Origin: an uncultured Candidatus Rokubacteria bacterium
GTDB lineage: Bacteria > Methylomirabilota > Methylomirabilia > Rokubacteriales > DASRDR01
Assembly: GCA_963805625.1 (NCBI GenBank)
Contig: CAWDVE010000021.1
Location: 96,001-160,000 of the forward strand
DNA: 64,000 bases
Direction: 5' to 3'
The notes below the pieces were generated by a model. It had not been told where the DNA came from and searched no databases. It worked only from the letters and a program-made list of their open reading frames with translations. The position numbers were made by a program, and so were the translations under genes. Below are positions 1 to 8,727 of the stretch, piece by piece; position 1 is the stretch's first letter; every line of letters starts with the position of its first letter.

Positions 1-326
1 AGCCCCTGGACGCAGACTAGAACGACGGCCAGGAGGCCCAGGCCGCGCACCCACCGGCGTGCGTCGACGAACCCGAGGACGGTGGCGAGAATGACGGTGA
101 GCATCCCGATCGCGGCGCCCAGGAGCCGGTGACCGTGCTCGACCAGCACGCCCCCGACCATCCCCGACCAGGGAAAGAGGAAGGGATTGTAACCGAAGGT
201 CGTCGGCCAGTCGGGCACGGCCAGCGCGGCCCCGGTGTTGGTGACGAGGCCGCCGGCTACGATCAGGCCGACGGTCGTCCCCGCGGTGGCGCACGCCAGG
301 CGATGCGACCAGCCCAGAGCCTTCAT
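1..326 (-). CDS. ctaA: Haem A synthase COX15/CtaA family (5' part; runs off window start)
   Basis: Hand translation from ATG 326: MKALGWSHRLACATAG...GGLVTNTGAALAVPDWPTTFG...VEHGHRLLG...VQG. Has PDWP and EHxHR motifs and follows coxA. The usual Cys before PDWP is absent. Confidence 0.85.
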   Translation of the reverse strand, partial: MKALGWSHRLACATAGTTVGLIVAGGLVTNTGAALAVPDWPTTFGYNPFLFPWSGMVGGVLVEHGHRLLGAAIGMLTVILATVLGFVDARRWVRGLGLLAVVLVCVQG

Positions 327-355
327 CCGTGTACCCGCGCGCTCGATCGCGGCGT

Positions 356-2104
356 TCAGTGCCCGTGCCCGCCCGCGCGGGCGCCGGCGACCACCTGGGT
401 CTGGGGCAGGTAGTCCTCGATCATCCCGGGGACGCTGTACTCGTAGGGACCCCGGTAGACCGTCGGGATCGCCGCCCCCCAGTTGCCGTGGGGCGGAGGC
501 GACTCCGCCGTCCACTCGAGCGTGTTGGAGTGCCAGGGATTCCGGTCCGCCTTCCGCCCATTGAACAGGCTCGCGACGAAGTTCCAGATGAACAGGATCT
601 GCGCAACGCCGAGGATGAACGCGGACACCGACATGAACACGGCGATCGGCTGGAGGGACTGGAGGAACTCGTACTGCGTCGGATTGTAGATCCGTCGCAT
701 CATCCCGCCCACCCCCAGGAAGTGCATCGGGAAGAACACGAGGTTGAAAAAGACGAACGTGAGGATCGCGTGGATCCGCCCCATCGTCTCGTTCATCTCC
801 CGACCGAAGAGCTTCGGGTACCAGTACGTGATCGCAGCGAACATCGCGAAGATGATCCCCGCCACCACGTAGTGGAAGTGGGCCACGATGAAGTAGGTAT
901 CGTGGATGAAGATGTCGACCGGCGTGTTGGCCATGAAGATGCCGCTCAGCCCGCCGATCGTGAACGCCGACAGGAACGAGATGGCATGGATCATCGGCGT
1001 CGTGAACCGGATCGAGCCGCCCCAGAGCGTCCCGAGCCAGTTGAACGACTTGATGGCGGACGGCACCGCGATGACCATCGTCGTCAGCATGAACGACGTG
1101 CCCAGCGCGGGGCTCATGCCGCTGACGAACATGTGGTGGCCGTAGACGATCCACGACAGGAACGCGATCGAGATCATCGAGTAGGCCATCGCCCGGTACC
1201 CGAAGATCGGCTTCCGCGAGAAGGTGGACAGGACGTCCGAGGTCACCCCCATGGCGGGCAGCACCAGGATGTAGACCTCCGGGTGGCCGAAGAACCAGAA
1301 GAGGTGCTGCCAGAGCAGCGGCTCACCGCCCCCCGACGGGTCGAACCAGTGGGTCCCGAGCGTGCGGTCGAAGAGCAGCATCGCCGCCGCCGACGTCAGC
1401 ACGGGCAGCGCCAGCAGGAGCAGGATGGCCGTGATGAACAGGGACCAGATCACGAGCGGCAGCCGGAATAGTGTCATGCCGGGCGCCCGCATATTGACGA
1501 CCGTCGTGATGTAGTTGATCGAGCCCATCATCGACGACACGCCGAGGAAGAACAAGCTGATGAGCCAGAGGTTCTGGCCCCAGTTCACCCCGGTGTACTG
1601 CGGATTCGCCGAGAGCGGCGCGTAGGCCGTCCACCCGGCCGCGGCGTGGCCGCCGGGCACGAAGAAGCCGGCCAGCATGATGACGCCCGACAGGGCGCCC
1701 GTCCAGAACGAGAGCATGTTGAGCTTGGGGAACGCCATGTCCCGGGCGCCGATCATGAGCGGGATCAGGAAGTTCCCGAAGCACCCCACCATGATCGGCA
1801 TGACCACGAAGAAGATCATGAGGGTGGCGTGCATCGTGAACAGCATGTTGTAGACCTCGGGCGGGATCACGCCCTCCGTCTCGCTGAAGAGCCAGTGGAG
1901 GCCGGGCACCGGCGTCTCGGGCCAGCCCAGCTCCCACCGGATCAGCATGGCCAGGAAGCCGCCGATCAGCAGCATGAACAGCCCGAGAAACAGGAACTGC
2001 CGGGCGATCATCTTGTGGTCGGTCGAGAAGATGTACGTGCGCACGAACCCGAGGTCGTGGTGCTCGTGGACGTCGTGCGCCGCTGCCGTCGTGCTCTGAG
2101 CCAT
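356..2104 (-). CDS. coxA: Cytochrome c oxidase subunit I, haem-copper oxidase family A (A1)
   Basis: WFFGHPEVY, GHHMF and HDTYFIVAHFHY motifs; D-channel Asp (ARDMAFP) and K-channel Lys (PSAIK) present. Confidence 0.97.
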   Translation of the reverse strand: MAQSTTAAAHDVHEHHDLGFVRTYIFSTDHKMIARQFLFLGLFMLLIGGFLAMLIRWELGWPETPVPGLHWLFSETEGVIPPEVYNMLFTMHATLMIFFVVMPIMVGCFGNFLIPLMIGARDMAFPKLNMLSFWTGALSGVIMLAGFFVPGGHAAAGWTAYAPLSANPQYTGVNWGQNLWLISLFFLGVSSMMGSINYITTVVNMRAPGMTLFRLPLVIWSLFITAILLLLALPVLTSAAAMLLFDRTLGTHWFDPSGGGEPLLWQHLFWFFGHPEVYILVLPAMGVTSDVLSTFSRKPIFGYRAMAYSMISIAFLSWIVYGHHMFVSGMSPALGTSFMLTTMVIAVPSAIKSFNWLGTLWGGSIRFTTPMIHAISFLSAFTIGGLSGIFMANTPVDIFIHDTYFIVAHFHYVVAGIIFAMFAAITYWYPKLFGREMNETMGRIHAILTFVFFNLVFFPMHFLGVGGMMRRIYNPTQYEFLQSLQPIAVFMSVSAFILGVAQILFIWNFVASLFNGRKADRNPWHSNTLEWTAESPPPHGNWGAAIPTVYRGPYEYSVPGMIEDYLPQTQVVAGARAGGHGH

Positions 2105-2152
2105 CGTGTCCCTACCTCCCTCGCGAGAGGGTCTCTGTCCGGCGGGGCCGGC

Positions 2153-2809
2153 CTAGGAAGGCCATTTTTCCTTGAGCCACTGCTGGTATTCCTCGGGCGT
2201 GTGGACGAAGAGGTAGCCCTTCATCCCGGAGTGGCCGAACCCGCACAGCTCGGCGCACGGGATCTCGTACTTTCCGGGCTTGGTCACCTCGACCCACTGG
2301 ACGATCTCACGGCCGGGTACCGCGTCCTGCTTGAAGCGCGCGGTCGGAATGAAGACGCTGTGGATCACGTCTCGCGCGCGCAGGTGCATGACCACCGGCT
2401 TGCCCGTCGGCACGTGCAGCTCGTTGTCGAACGACTGGTCGTCGGCCGTGTCGAACTTCCCGTCCGGCCCCGGGTACTGAACCTCCCAGTTGAACTGCTT
2501 TCCGGTGATGCGGACGTGGAGATCGGACTCGGGGATGCGGCTCTTGACCTTCGACCAGCTCGGGATCGAGAGGAAGGTGAGCACGACCAGGATCAGGGAG
2601 GGAACGATCGTCCACACCATCTCGAGGGTCGTGTTGCCGTGGCTGTAGACCGCCCTCCGGCCGGGCCGCTCCCGGTACACCACCAGGAAGGCCACCAGCA
2701 GCACCGTCACGAGCACGAACACGCCGCCGGTGATGTAGTAGATCAGATAGAAGAGGTCGTCGAGCTCCTTGCCGTACGTGGCAATGTTCTCAGGGAGCCA
2801 GCTCATCAT
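2153..2809 (-). CDS. coxB: Cytochrome c oxidase subunit II (CuA)
   Basis: Two TM helices, DVIHS and CAELCGFGHSGM CuA ligands; no fused haem c. Confidence 0.96.
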   Translation of the reverse strand: MMSWLPENIATYGKELDDLFYLIYYITGGVFVLVTVLLVAFLVVYRERPGRRAVYSHGNTTLEMVWTIVPSLILVVLTFLSIPSWSKVKSRIPESDLHVRITGKQFNWEVQYPGPDGKFDTADDQSFDNELHVPTGKPVVMHLRARDVIHSVFIPTARFKQDAVPGREIVQWVEVTKPGKYEIPCAELCGFGHSGMKGYLFVHTPEEYQQWLKEKWPS

Positions 2810-2884
2810 CGCAGTCGGCCCGTCCTTTTCGATCGAAGGGGGGTCACGGCCTCGCCGCGCGCCTGGGCTCGGGCCCCGAACTCC

Positions 2885-2928
2885 GGCGTGCGCTCCCGCG
2901 GACCGCCTCGGCTACGGGAGCGCACGCC
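2885..2928. repeat. Perfect 14-bp inverted repeat (stem-loop) between the cupredoxin gene and coxB
   Basis: GGCGTGCGCTCCCG (2885-2898) and CGGGAGCGCACGCC (2915-2928); no adjacent U-tract. Confidence 0.75.
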
Positions 2929-2939
2929 ATTCCGGGGTC

Positions 2940-3638
2940 CTACTTCTTTAGCTCGAACGCGACCTTGGTGTCCTGCCCGGCCTTGACCTCGACCTCTTTG
3001 GTCTGCTTGCCGAGCACCGGGTGAACGACCTCGACCTTGTGCTTACCGGGCGGCACGTTCTCCAGCTTGAACGCGCCGTTGCCGTCGGTCACCGCCGTGG
3101 GGTTCTCGGTCACGAAGATCCACCCGTGCATCCAGCTGTGGGCGTCGCACTGGACCTTGACGAGCTCGGGCTTGTCGAGCTTCTCCACCATCTCCTTCTT
3201 GAACTTCGGCTGCGCCTTGTTGATCGGCGGATTGGCTGTGGAGAAGGTGTGGATGTTGTGGAGAACGCCGTCCGAGTTGAGGATCTTGAGCTCGCCGGGC
3301 GACATCACGAGGAGATCCGGATGAAACTCGCAGCCCTTCTGATCGAGGACGGCCGGCTTCGCCGGCTTGGCGCCCTTGGCATCGGTGACGGACACGAGCG
3401 CTTCGCTCAGCCCACCACCGGCGCCGACGACGACGTCGGCGACCTTCTTCTCCTGGCCGCAGACCTCGCTGTCCTTGTTGACCTTGATGACCTTGGGCGC
3501 AGGGGCGGCGCCGGTGAACTTCACCTCGCCGCTGATCGACCCTCCGCCCTGGGCGCTCAACGGCGGCCCTGAGATCAGGGCGACCCCCGCCGCGACGACC
3601 GCGACGGCCAGCACGCTAACGACGATCGACTGCCTCAT
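2940..3638 (-). CDS. Exported cupredoxin-like / carboxypeptidase-regulatory-like domain protein, putative copper protein
   Basis: ATG 3638 has an AAGGAGG SD and a signal peptide. Motifs DQKGCEFHP, NSDGVLHNIH and CDAHSWM (C-x2-H-x2-M). Confidence 0.75.
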   Translation of the reverse strand: MRQSIVVSVLAVAVVAAGVALISGPPLSAQGGGSISGEVKFTGAAPAPKVIKVNKDSEVCGQEKKVADVVVGAGGGLSEALVSVTDAKGAKPAKPAVLDQKGCEFHPDLLVMSPGELKILNSDGVLHNIHTFSTANPPINKAQPKFKKEMVEKLDKPELVKVQCDAHSWMHGWIFVTENPTAVTDGNGAFKLENVPPGKHKVEVVHPVLGKQTKEVEVKAGQDTKVAFELKK

Positions 3639-3672
3639 TGAAGTCCTTCCTCCTTGTGATCGAGTATCCGAG

Positions 3673-5946
3673 CTACGCGGCCTCTTGCCGCCGGCGGGCC
3701 CATCGCGCCAGCCCGAGCTCGGCGGCCCCTGCCACGAGCGCCAGGATCGGTGGCATGACGAACTGCCGCTTCGAGGGTGGCGGCTCGAGCCGCGCATAGT
3801 ACCAGGTCGACACGGCCCCCTTCGGGCCGTCATCCCCTTCCGAGCCGTCCCAGGCCCAGAACGCTACCGGGAAGAACTCGCCGGGGCGGAAGGCAAAATC
3901 CGAAGAATCCGCCGTCTTGAGCGGGCGCCGGATCACGGCCCGGTACTGGCCGGCATCGTAGACCGCCTGCCCCTTGGCCTGGATCGCCTCCCCCGCCTGC
4001 GGCGTCATCTTGCCCACTCCCGTCGCCGTCGCCTCGCCGACATCCACGCCCGCGCGCCAGGTCAAGAGATAGACAGGGTGGCTCCCGTCCCCCATCAGGA
4101 AGTACGGACGGTCTCCCGTCCCTTGCCCCGTCGGAAGCTGGATGGCGACCATGTCCGGCTTCGGCGCCCCCTTCGTCGGATCGGACGCCGTGGGGTCGTC
4201 CCAGGTCAGATGGAATACCGCCTCCCGCTCAGTGTACACCGCCCGCACGGTGACCATGTCGACAGTCGGGTTGAAGTTGCGGGGGTCCGCGATGACCTGG
4301 CCGACCAAGGGGAAGGCGGCTCCGGGCCGCTTCACCCAGAACTCCGCGTTCGGATCGGCCGGCACGTCCCCCGTCGCAGGCGGGATCGACAGGAGGGGCG
4401 CCCAGTTGAGGCGCTCCGGCCCCAGCGACCGGACGTAGTTCGCGAGATCCCAGAGGCTCGCGTCCCGCACGTCCGTGTCCTTCTCGTCGGACTTCCGGTA
4501 GTCCTCGACCGAGTCGGCGATGGCCGGCATGGGCGTCCCCGCCACCCCGGTCAGGAGCCGCATGACCACGTCCTTCCGCTCCGAGCCACCCCGGAAGTTC
4601 CACGGCGCGTGGAGGTTGGCCGGACGGATCGGGTGACCCCAGTCGTCCTTGAGATCCGAGCCCGGCGCCGGATCGCCGCGGCCGGCCTGGCCGTGGCACT
4701 TGACGCACTCGAAGGCGTCGAACATCTTCTTGCCCCGGCGGAGGGACGTCTCGGAGGAGGCGACCTCCTTCGGGACCGCGACGGGCTCGAGCTTGGCGCC
4801 CTTGTAGGACTCGGCGAACGTCTTCACGTATGCCACGACCGCCGAGCGCTCCTTGTCCGGGAGCGACCTCCAGGAGGGCATCGACGTCCCGGGCATCCCG
4901 TCCGTCACGATCCGGAGGAGGTCCTGGTCGGACGCGAGCGGTCCGGCCAGGGTGCGGATCTTGTACTTCCCGGCCGTGAAGTCCCGGGGCCGGGGGACGA
5001 GGAGCTCGGCGGCGGGTCCGTCGCCCTTGCCGTCGGCACCGTGACATCCGGCGCAGCGCTTCTCGTAGACCTGCTTCCCGAGCGCGACGTCGCCGGACTG
5101 GGCGGCCGCCGGCCGCGGTCCGAGGATGGCGGCACCCTCCGCCAGGAGTCCCGACGCGGGGCCCGGAGCCGCCGCCGGCCGCGCCGCGTGCGACTCCATG
5201 ACCCTGGGGGGATGGCCCGTCGTCTCGTAGAGGTAGTAGATCACCTGCCAGATCTGCTCCTCGGTCAGCCGATCTTCCCAGGCTGGCATGGCCGAGTTCC
5301 ATGGCGTCGATTCCTTGGGGAGGCCGGGGCCGCCCTTGGCAATGCGCCAGAACACGAAGCCCTCGGAGAGCTGGGCGATCGTGTTCGGGCCGACGAAGTC
5401 GGCGGGCTGCGGGTTGAAGCCGTGGGCGAAGTGCCCCCGGCCGTCCAGGAGGTCGCCGTGGCAATACACGCAGTTCCGGATGTACGTCGCCGCCCCGGCC
5501 GCGAGGTGCTTCTCGCGGCTCGCGGGGTTCTGCTTGATGTCCTTCCGGATCGGCGTATCGGCGTGCTGGAGATTGACCTCCTTGCCGCGGAAGCTGATCG
5601 AGTCCGGCGGCGCCGGGTGGACCGCGCGGAGCTCGAGCGGTGCCTCGGCGCGCGCCGCCGCCTGGGAATAGGCGTAGTAACCGACCAGGATCGGGATGAC
5701 GACCCCGAGGAACAGGCGCAGCGGGCGGCGCCCGGGCTCGGCGAGCGTCGCCCAGATGGGCGCCACGAAGGCGCGCCAAGAGTCGGAGTCCGACGAGACA
5801 TAGACCAGAACGGCCATCAGCGTGACCGCCATGTAGAGCGAGAACACGCTGAAGGGCATGGGCGGGCGGATGCCGTACTTGAAGAGGAGGGCGGCCACGA
5901 TCAGGACCAGGGCAGCCTGGAGGAACTTCCCGCGCGGCGCTGGCAT
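3673..5946 (-). CDS. Membrane-anchored trihaem cytochrome c fused to an EbdC/EB_dh-like haem b domain
   Basis: CVYCH, CAGCH and CVKCH. C-terminal DMVAIQLP..YFLMGD..AFWAWDG..GPKGAVSTW resembles the DMSO-reductase type II gamma domain (Met/Lys ligands). N- and C-terminal TM segments. Confidence 0.8.
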   Translation of the reverse strand: MPAPRGKFLQAALVLIVAALLFKYGIRPPMPFSVFSLYMAVTLMAVLVYVSSDSDSWRAFVAPIWATLAEPGRRPLRLFLGVVIPILVGYYAYSQAAARAEAPLELRAVHPAPPDSISFRGKEVNLQHADTPIRKDIKQNPASREKHLAAGAATYIRNCVYCHGDLLDGRGHFAHGFNPQPADFVGPNTIAQLSEGFVFWRIAKGGPGLPKESTPWNSAMPAWEDRLTEEQIWQVIYYLYETTGHPPRVMESHAARPAAAPGPASGLLAEGAAILGPRPAAAQSGDVALGKQVYEKRCAGCHGADGKGDGPAAELLVPRPRDFTAGKYKIRTLAGPLASDQDLLRIVTDGMPGTSMPSWRSLPDKERSAVVAYVKTFAESYKGAKLEPVAVPKEVASSETSLRRGKKMFDAFECVKCHGQAGRGDPAPGSDLKDDWGHPIRPANLHAPWNFRGGSERKDVVMRLLTGVAGTPMPAIADSVEDYRKSDEKDTDVRDASLWDLANYVRSLGPERLNWAPLLSIPPATGDVPADPNAEFWVKRPGAAFPLVGQVIADPRNFNPTVDMVTVRAVYTEREAVFHLTWDDPTASDPTKGAPKPDMVAIQLPTGQGTGDRPYFLMGDGSHPVYLLTWRAGVDVGEATATGVGKMTPQAGEAIQAKGQAVYDAGQYRAVIRRPLKTADSSDFAFRPGEFFPVAFWAWDGSEGDDGPKGAVSTWYYARLEPPPSKRQFVMPPILALVAGAAELGLARWARRRQEAA

Positions 5947-5949
5947 CGG

Positions 5950-6792
5950 CTAGGGCTTGGCCTTCGCGGCCGGCTGACCGGCGGGAGCCGGGGCCGGGCT
6001 ACCCTTGAGGGTCAGCAGGAACGAGACGAGGTCGATGTACTCCTTCGCCGCGAGCTGCTGGCCGAACGTCTTCGGCATGACGCCCGGCGGGAACCCGGAC
6101 ACGGTGCCCTTGGAAGCCGGGTCCAGGATCTTGCCCATGATGTACTCCGGCGTCTGGCTGCCGGCGATGTTGGACAGATCGGGCCCGACCGGGCTCGCCC
6201 CGATCGCGCCCGCCTTGTGACACGCGACGCAGGCGCCCTTGCCCGTGAAGACGGCCTGGCCCGCCTTCGGGTCTCCCGGCAGCTCGATCGACGCCGCGCC
6301 GGCGCCCCCCTGGGCCGTGGCGATCTGCGGCACGTCGTCGAGCTTGACGTCCACCGTCCCGCCGAGGCTCTCGAGGTAGGCCGTGACCGCCCACAGCTCG
6401 CTCCGGTTCAGGCCGATGGGCGGCTTCGACACGTTGGGCATGATGTTCGGGAAGCCCTCGACCACGTAGGCGCTCGGGGTGAGGAACGACTCGACCAGGT
6501 ACGCCGCCGCCTTGGTCCCGGGCTTCCGGGTCGCCGCGCGGGCGCCGACCCCCGCGAGATCCGGCCCGCGGCCGGCGCGGCCGATGCCGTGACACGTCGT
6601 GCATTGCCCCTTCTCGCGGAAGATCTTCTCGCCCGCGGCCACCAGCTGGTCGGGTGTGACGTTCCCGCCCTCGAGGGACAGCTCCTCGGGAGGCTTGGAC
6701 TCGATCTGGGGGATCGAGTTCGCGTACCAGCTGTAGCTGCCCATGACCGCGAGGGCGAACGCTCCCACCTTGACCGGCACGGGAACCGTCAT
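5950..6792 (-). CDS. Dihaem c-type cytochrome
   Basis: CTTCH and CVACH, each followed by GPDL and a distal MP motif; N-terminal hydrophobic anchor. Confidence 0.9.
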   Translation of the reverse strand: MTVPVPVKVGAFALAVMGSYSWYANSIPQIESKPPEELSLEGGNVTPDQLVAAGEKIFREKGQCTTCHGIGRAGRGPDLAGVGARAATRKPGTKAAAYLVESFLTPSAYVVEGFPNIMPNVSKPPIGLNRSELWAVTAYLESLGGTVDVKLDDVPQIATAQGGAGAASIELPGDPKAGQAVFTGKGACVACHKAGAIGASPVGPDLSNIAGSQTPEYIMGKILDPASKGTVSGFPPGVMPKTFGQQLAAKEYIDLVSFLLTLKGSPAPAPAGQPAAKAKP

Positions 6793-6797
6793 CGCGC

Positions 6798-8678
6798 TCA
6801 GCGCTCGGTACTGCCGCCGGCGATCGGGGCGGCGGCAGGGGTAGGGTGGCCCCCGGGGGCGCTCTCGGCCGCTGGATGGCCCTTCTCACCGAGTCCCCCA
6901 AGCCAAAAAATGAACATGACCATCAGGAAAAACAGGATGGTCGTGCCCGTGATCACGTTCGCCGCGTACCCGAGGGCCGGCGTCAGGGCATCGGGCGACC
7001 GATCCTGCATGACCCCGTAGATGTGCCAGTGCTGCCGGATTCCCGACCGCGCGAAGCCCATCAGGCCCATCAACCACGTGAAGGTCACGGCGAGAAGGAT
7101 GAGCACGTACTGGGAGCGCGGGGCGATGGTCCCCCAGCGGATCGTGCCCGTGGAACGGGCTCCCCGGAGCATCGGGATGTCGATCGCCATCACGATCACG
7201 ATGCACAGGAGGACCGAGCCCACCTGCAGCGGCGAGAAGCGCCGGATGCGGACGATCGCCTCCACGAAGTATCCGCCGAGTCCCAGGCCCACCACGGCGG
7301 CGGCAGCGAGCGCGAAGGTCGCGTACTGGAGCAGCATCCCTGTCCGCGCCCACGATACGGTGGGCTCCCGGTTCGCCCGGCGATACAGCAGGTAGGAGAA
7401 GAACGTCGTGAGGATCATGAGGTTCACGGCGGTGTTCTTCGCGCTCATGACCCCGAAGAAGCGGAGGAACCGGTGGTCCGACCCGCCCATGGCCCGGACC
7501 TCGCCGAGCGAGGCGATGAGGCTCCGTGGCGTGGCCCAGACCATGAACCCCAGCGCGATCACGAGGAGGAGGTACTTGATCCAAGGCCGGAAGCGCTCGG
7601 CGCCCGGGATGCGCTCCATCCCGAGCCAGAGGTAGTAGTTCGAGCCGAGGAACAGCACCCCGATGAGAATGGCCTGGACGATCCAGAGCCACGACATGAA
7701 GCCGCCCATCATCGTGATGCCCATCGTCTGGTTGTAGCCGTAGATCTCGAACCCGAGCCAGTACCCGGCGAACGGCAGGACCATCAGGGCCGAGAGCGCC
7801 ACGAAGTTCCCGATGTAGCCCATCCAGTCGTAGCGGGCCCGCTCCTCGTCGGTCTTGGCGCCGAGGAACCGGAAGGCCGCGTACCCGGCGGCGATCGTGC
7901 CCCCGAAGACGACGTTGGCGATGAGCCGGTGGATGTTGACCGGCATCCACGTGAAGTTGTTCACGGCCTGCCAGAGGGTCCCCGTGAACTTGCCGGCGTC
8001 GTCCACGCCCGCCGGCGAGATCATGAACGTCACCCACGAGTTCGACACGAACAGGATCGCGGTGCCGAGGAGGTTCGAGAGCACGCCGATCCCGACGTGG
8101 AGCCCCTTCCTCGGCCCCGAGAGCCAGTTCCAGCCGTAGTACCAGAGGTACACGGTGAACGTCTCGAGGAAGAAGAGGGCCGCGTACAGCCACATCGTGG
8201 GCGCGAAGATCCCGCTCATGAAGGTCCAGAACCTCGGATAAAGCGTGATCAACAGGAAGAGGAGCAGCCCCCCGAGCAGCGCCGTCGTCGAGAAGGCCGC
8301 AAAGGTGAGCTTGACGAATTCGTGGGAAAGCCAGTCGTAGCGCCGTCCCTCCTCGCGGTCCAACCCGATCCGCCAGCCCATGAACTCGATGATCACGGCG
8401 AAGATCGGGACCCCGAGGATGAACGCCGCGAAGTTCAGGTGGATCTGGGCAATCACCCAAATCGCCAGCCGGGAGCCGACGTAGGGAAACGCCCGGTAGG
8501 CGGCCTCCTTCTGCTCCTGGGCCCAGCCCGGGGTCACCAGGAGGGCGACCGCCGCGGCCGCCAAGAGGACCGGGAGGAGGCGCGGGAGTCGGGACGATCC
8601 CGTATCGCTCGGGATCAGGCGCGGTCGCGCGGTGGTCGTGCCGAGGCTCCTTCGGGGTCCAGGCACTGCGAGCGGCAC
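6798..8678 (-). CDS. Cytochrome bd-like oxidoreductase subunit I (non-canonical CydA homolog); start uncertain
   Basis: Polytopic protein with AQIHLNF (H19-like), FFLET (E107-like), NIHRL (H186-like) and GIRQHW (GRQPW-like); no Q-loop and no adjacent cydB. Confidence 0.85.
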   Translation of the reverse strand: MPLAVPGPRRSLGTTTARPRLIPSDTGSSRLPRLLPVLLAAAAVALLVTPGWAQEQKEAAYRAFPYVGSRLAIWVIAQIHLNFAAFILGVPIFAVIIEFMGWRIGLDREEGRRYDWLSHEFVKLTFAAFSTTALLGGLLLFLLITLYPRFWTFMSGIFAPTMWLYAALFFLETFTVYLWYYGWNWLSGPRKGLHVGIGVLSNLLGTAILFVSNSWVTFMISPAGVDDAGKFTGTLWQAVNNFTWMPVNIHRLIANVVFGGTIAAGYAAFRFLGAKTDEERARYDWMGYIGNFVALSALMVLPFAGYWLGFEIYGYNQTMGITMMGGFMSWLWIVQAILIGVLFLGSNYYLWLGMERIPGAERFRPWIKYLLLVIALGFMVWATPRSLIASLGEVRAMGGSDHRFLRFFGVMSAKNTAVNLMILTTFFSYLLYRRANREPTVSWARTGMLLQYATFALAAAAVVGLGLGGYFVEAIVRIRRFSPLQVGSVLLCIVIVMAIDIPMLRGARSTGTIRWGTIAPRSQYVLILLAVTFTWLMGLMGFARSGIRQHWHIYGVMQDRSPDALTPALGYAANVITGTTILFFLMVMFIFWLGGLGEKGHPAAESAPGGHPTPAAAPIAGGSTER

Positions 8679-8697
8679 CCGGGGGAGCCCGGACCGC

Positions 8698-8715
8698 TTG
8701 TTCCAATCGTCACAA
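8698..8715. promoter_or_regulatory. Candidate CRP/FNR- or Rex-type operator
   Basis: TTGTTCCAATCGTCACAA = TTGT-N10-ACAA with one perfect TCACAA half-site; AT-rich in a GC-rich context, just downstream of the predicted promoter. Confidence 0.4.
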
Positions 8716-8727
8716 GGACGTCGCCTC

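Noticed and set aside
1-2809. Missing cytochrome oxidase subunit III and ctaB
   Set aside because: The operon runs off the window edge within ctaA, so absence cannot be claimed.
3673-5946. Calling the locus a nitrite oxidoreductase (nxr) or evidence of nitrite oxidation
   Set aside because: Only a gamma-like domain is present; there are no molybdopterin or Fe-S subunits in the window, so no substrate can be assigned.
3367-7020. 1217-aa plus-strand ORF and similar very long antisense ORFs (6846-8966 part, 18372-20588, 33665-35977, 41500-45864)
   Set aside because: Shadow ORFs opposite well-supported genes in high-GC DNA; Arg/Pro/Gly-rich with no recognisable domains.
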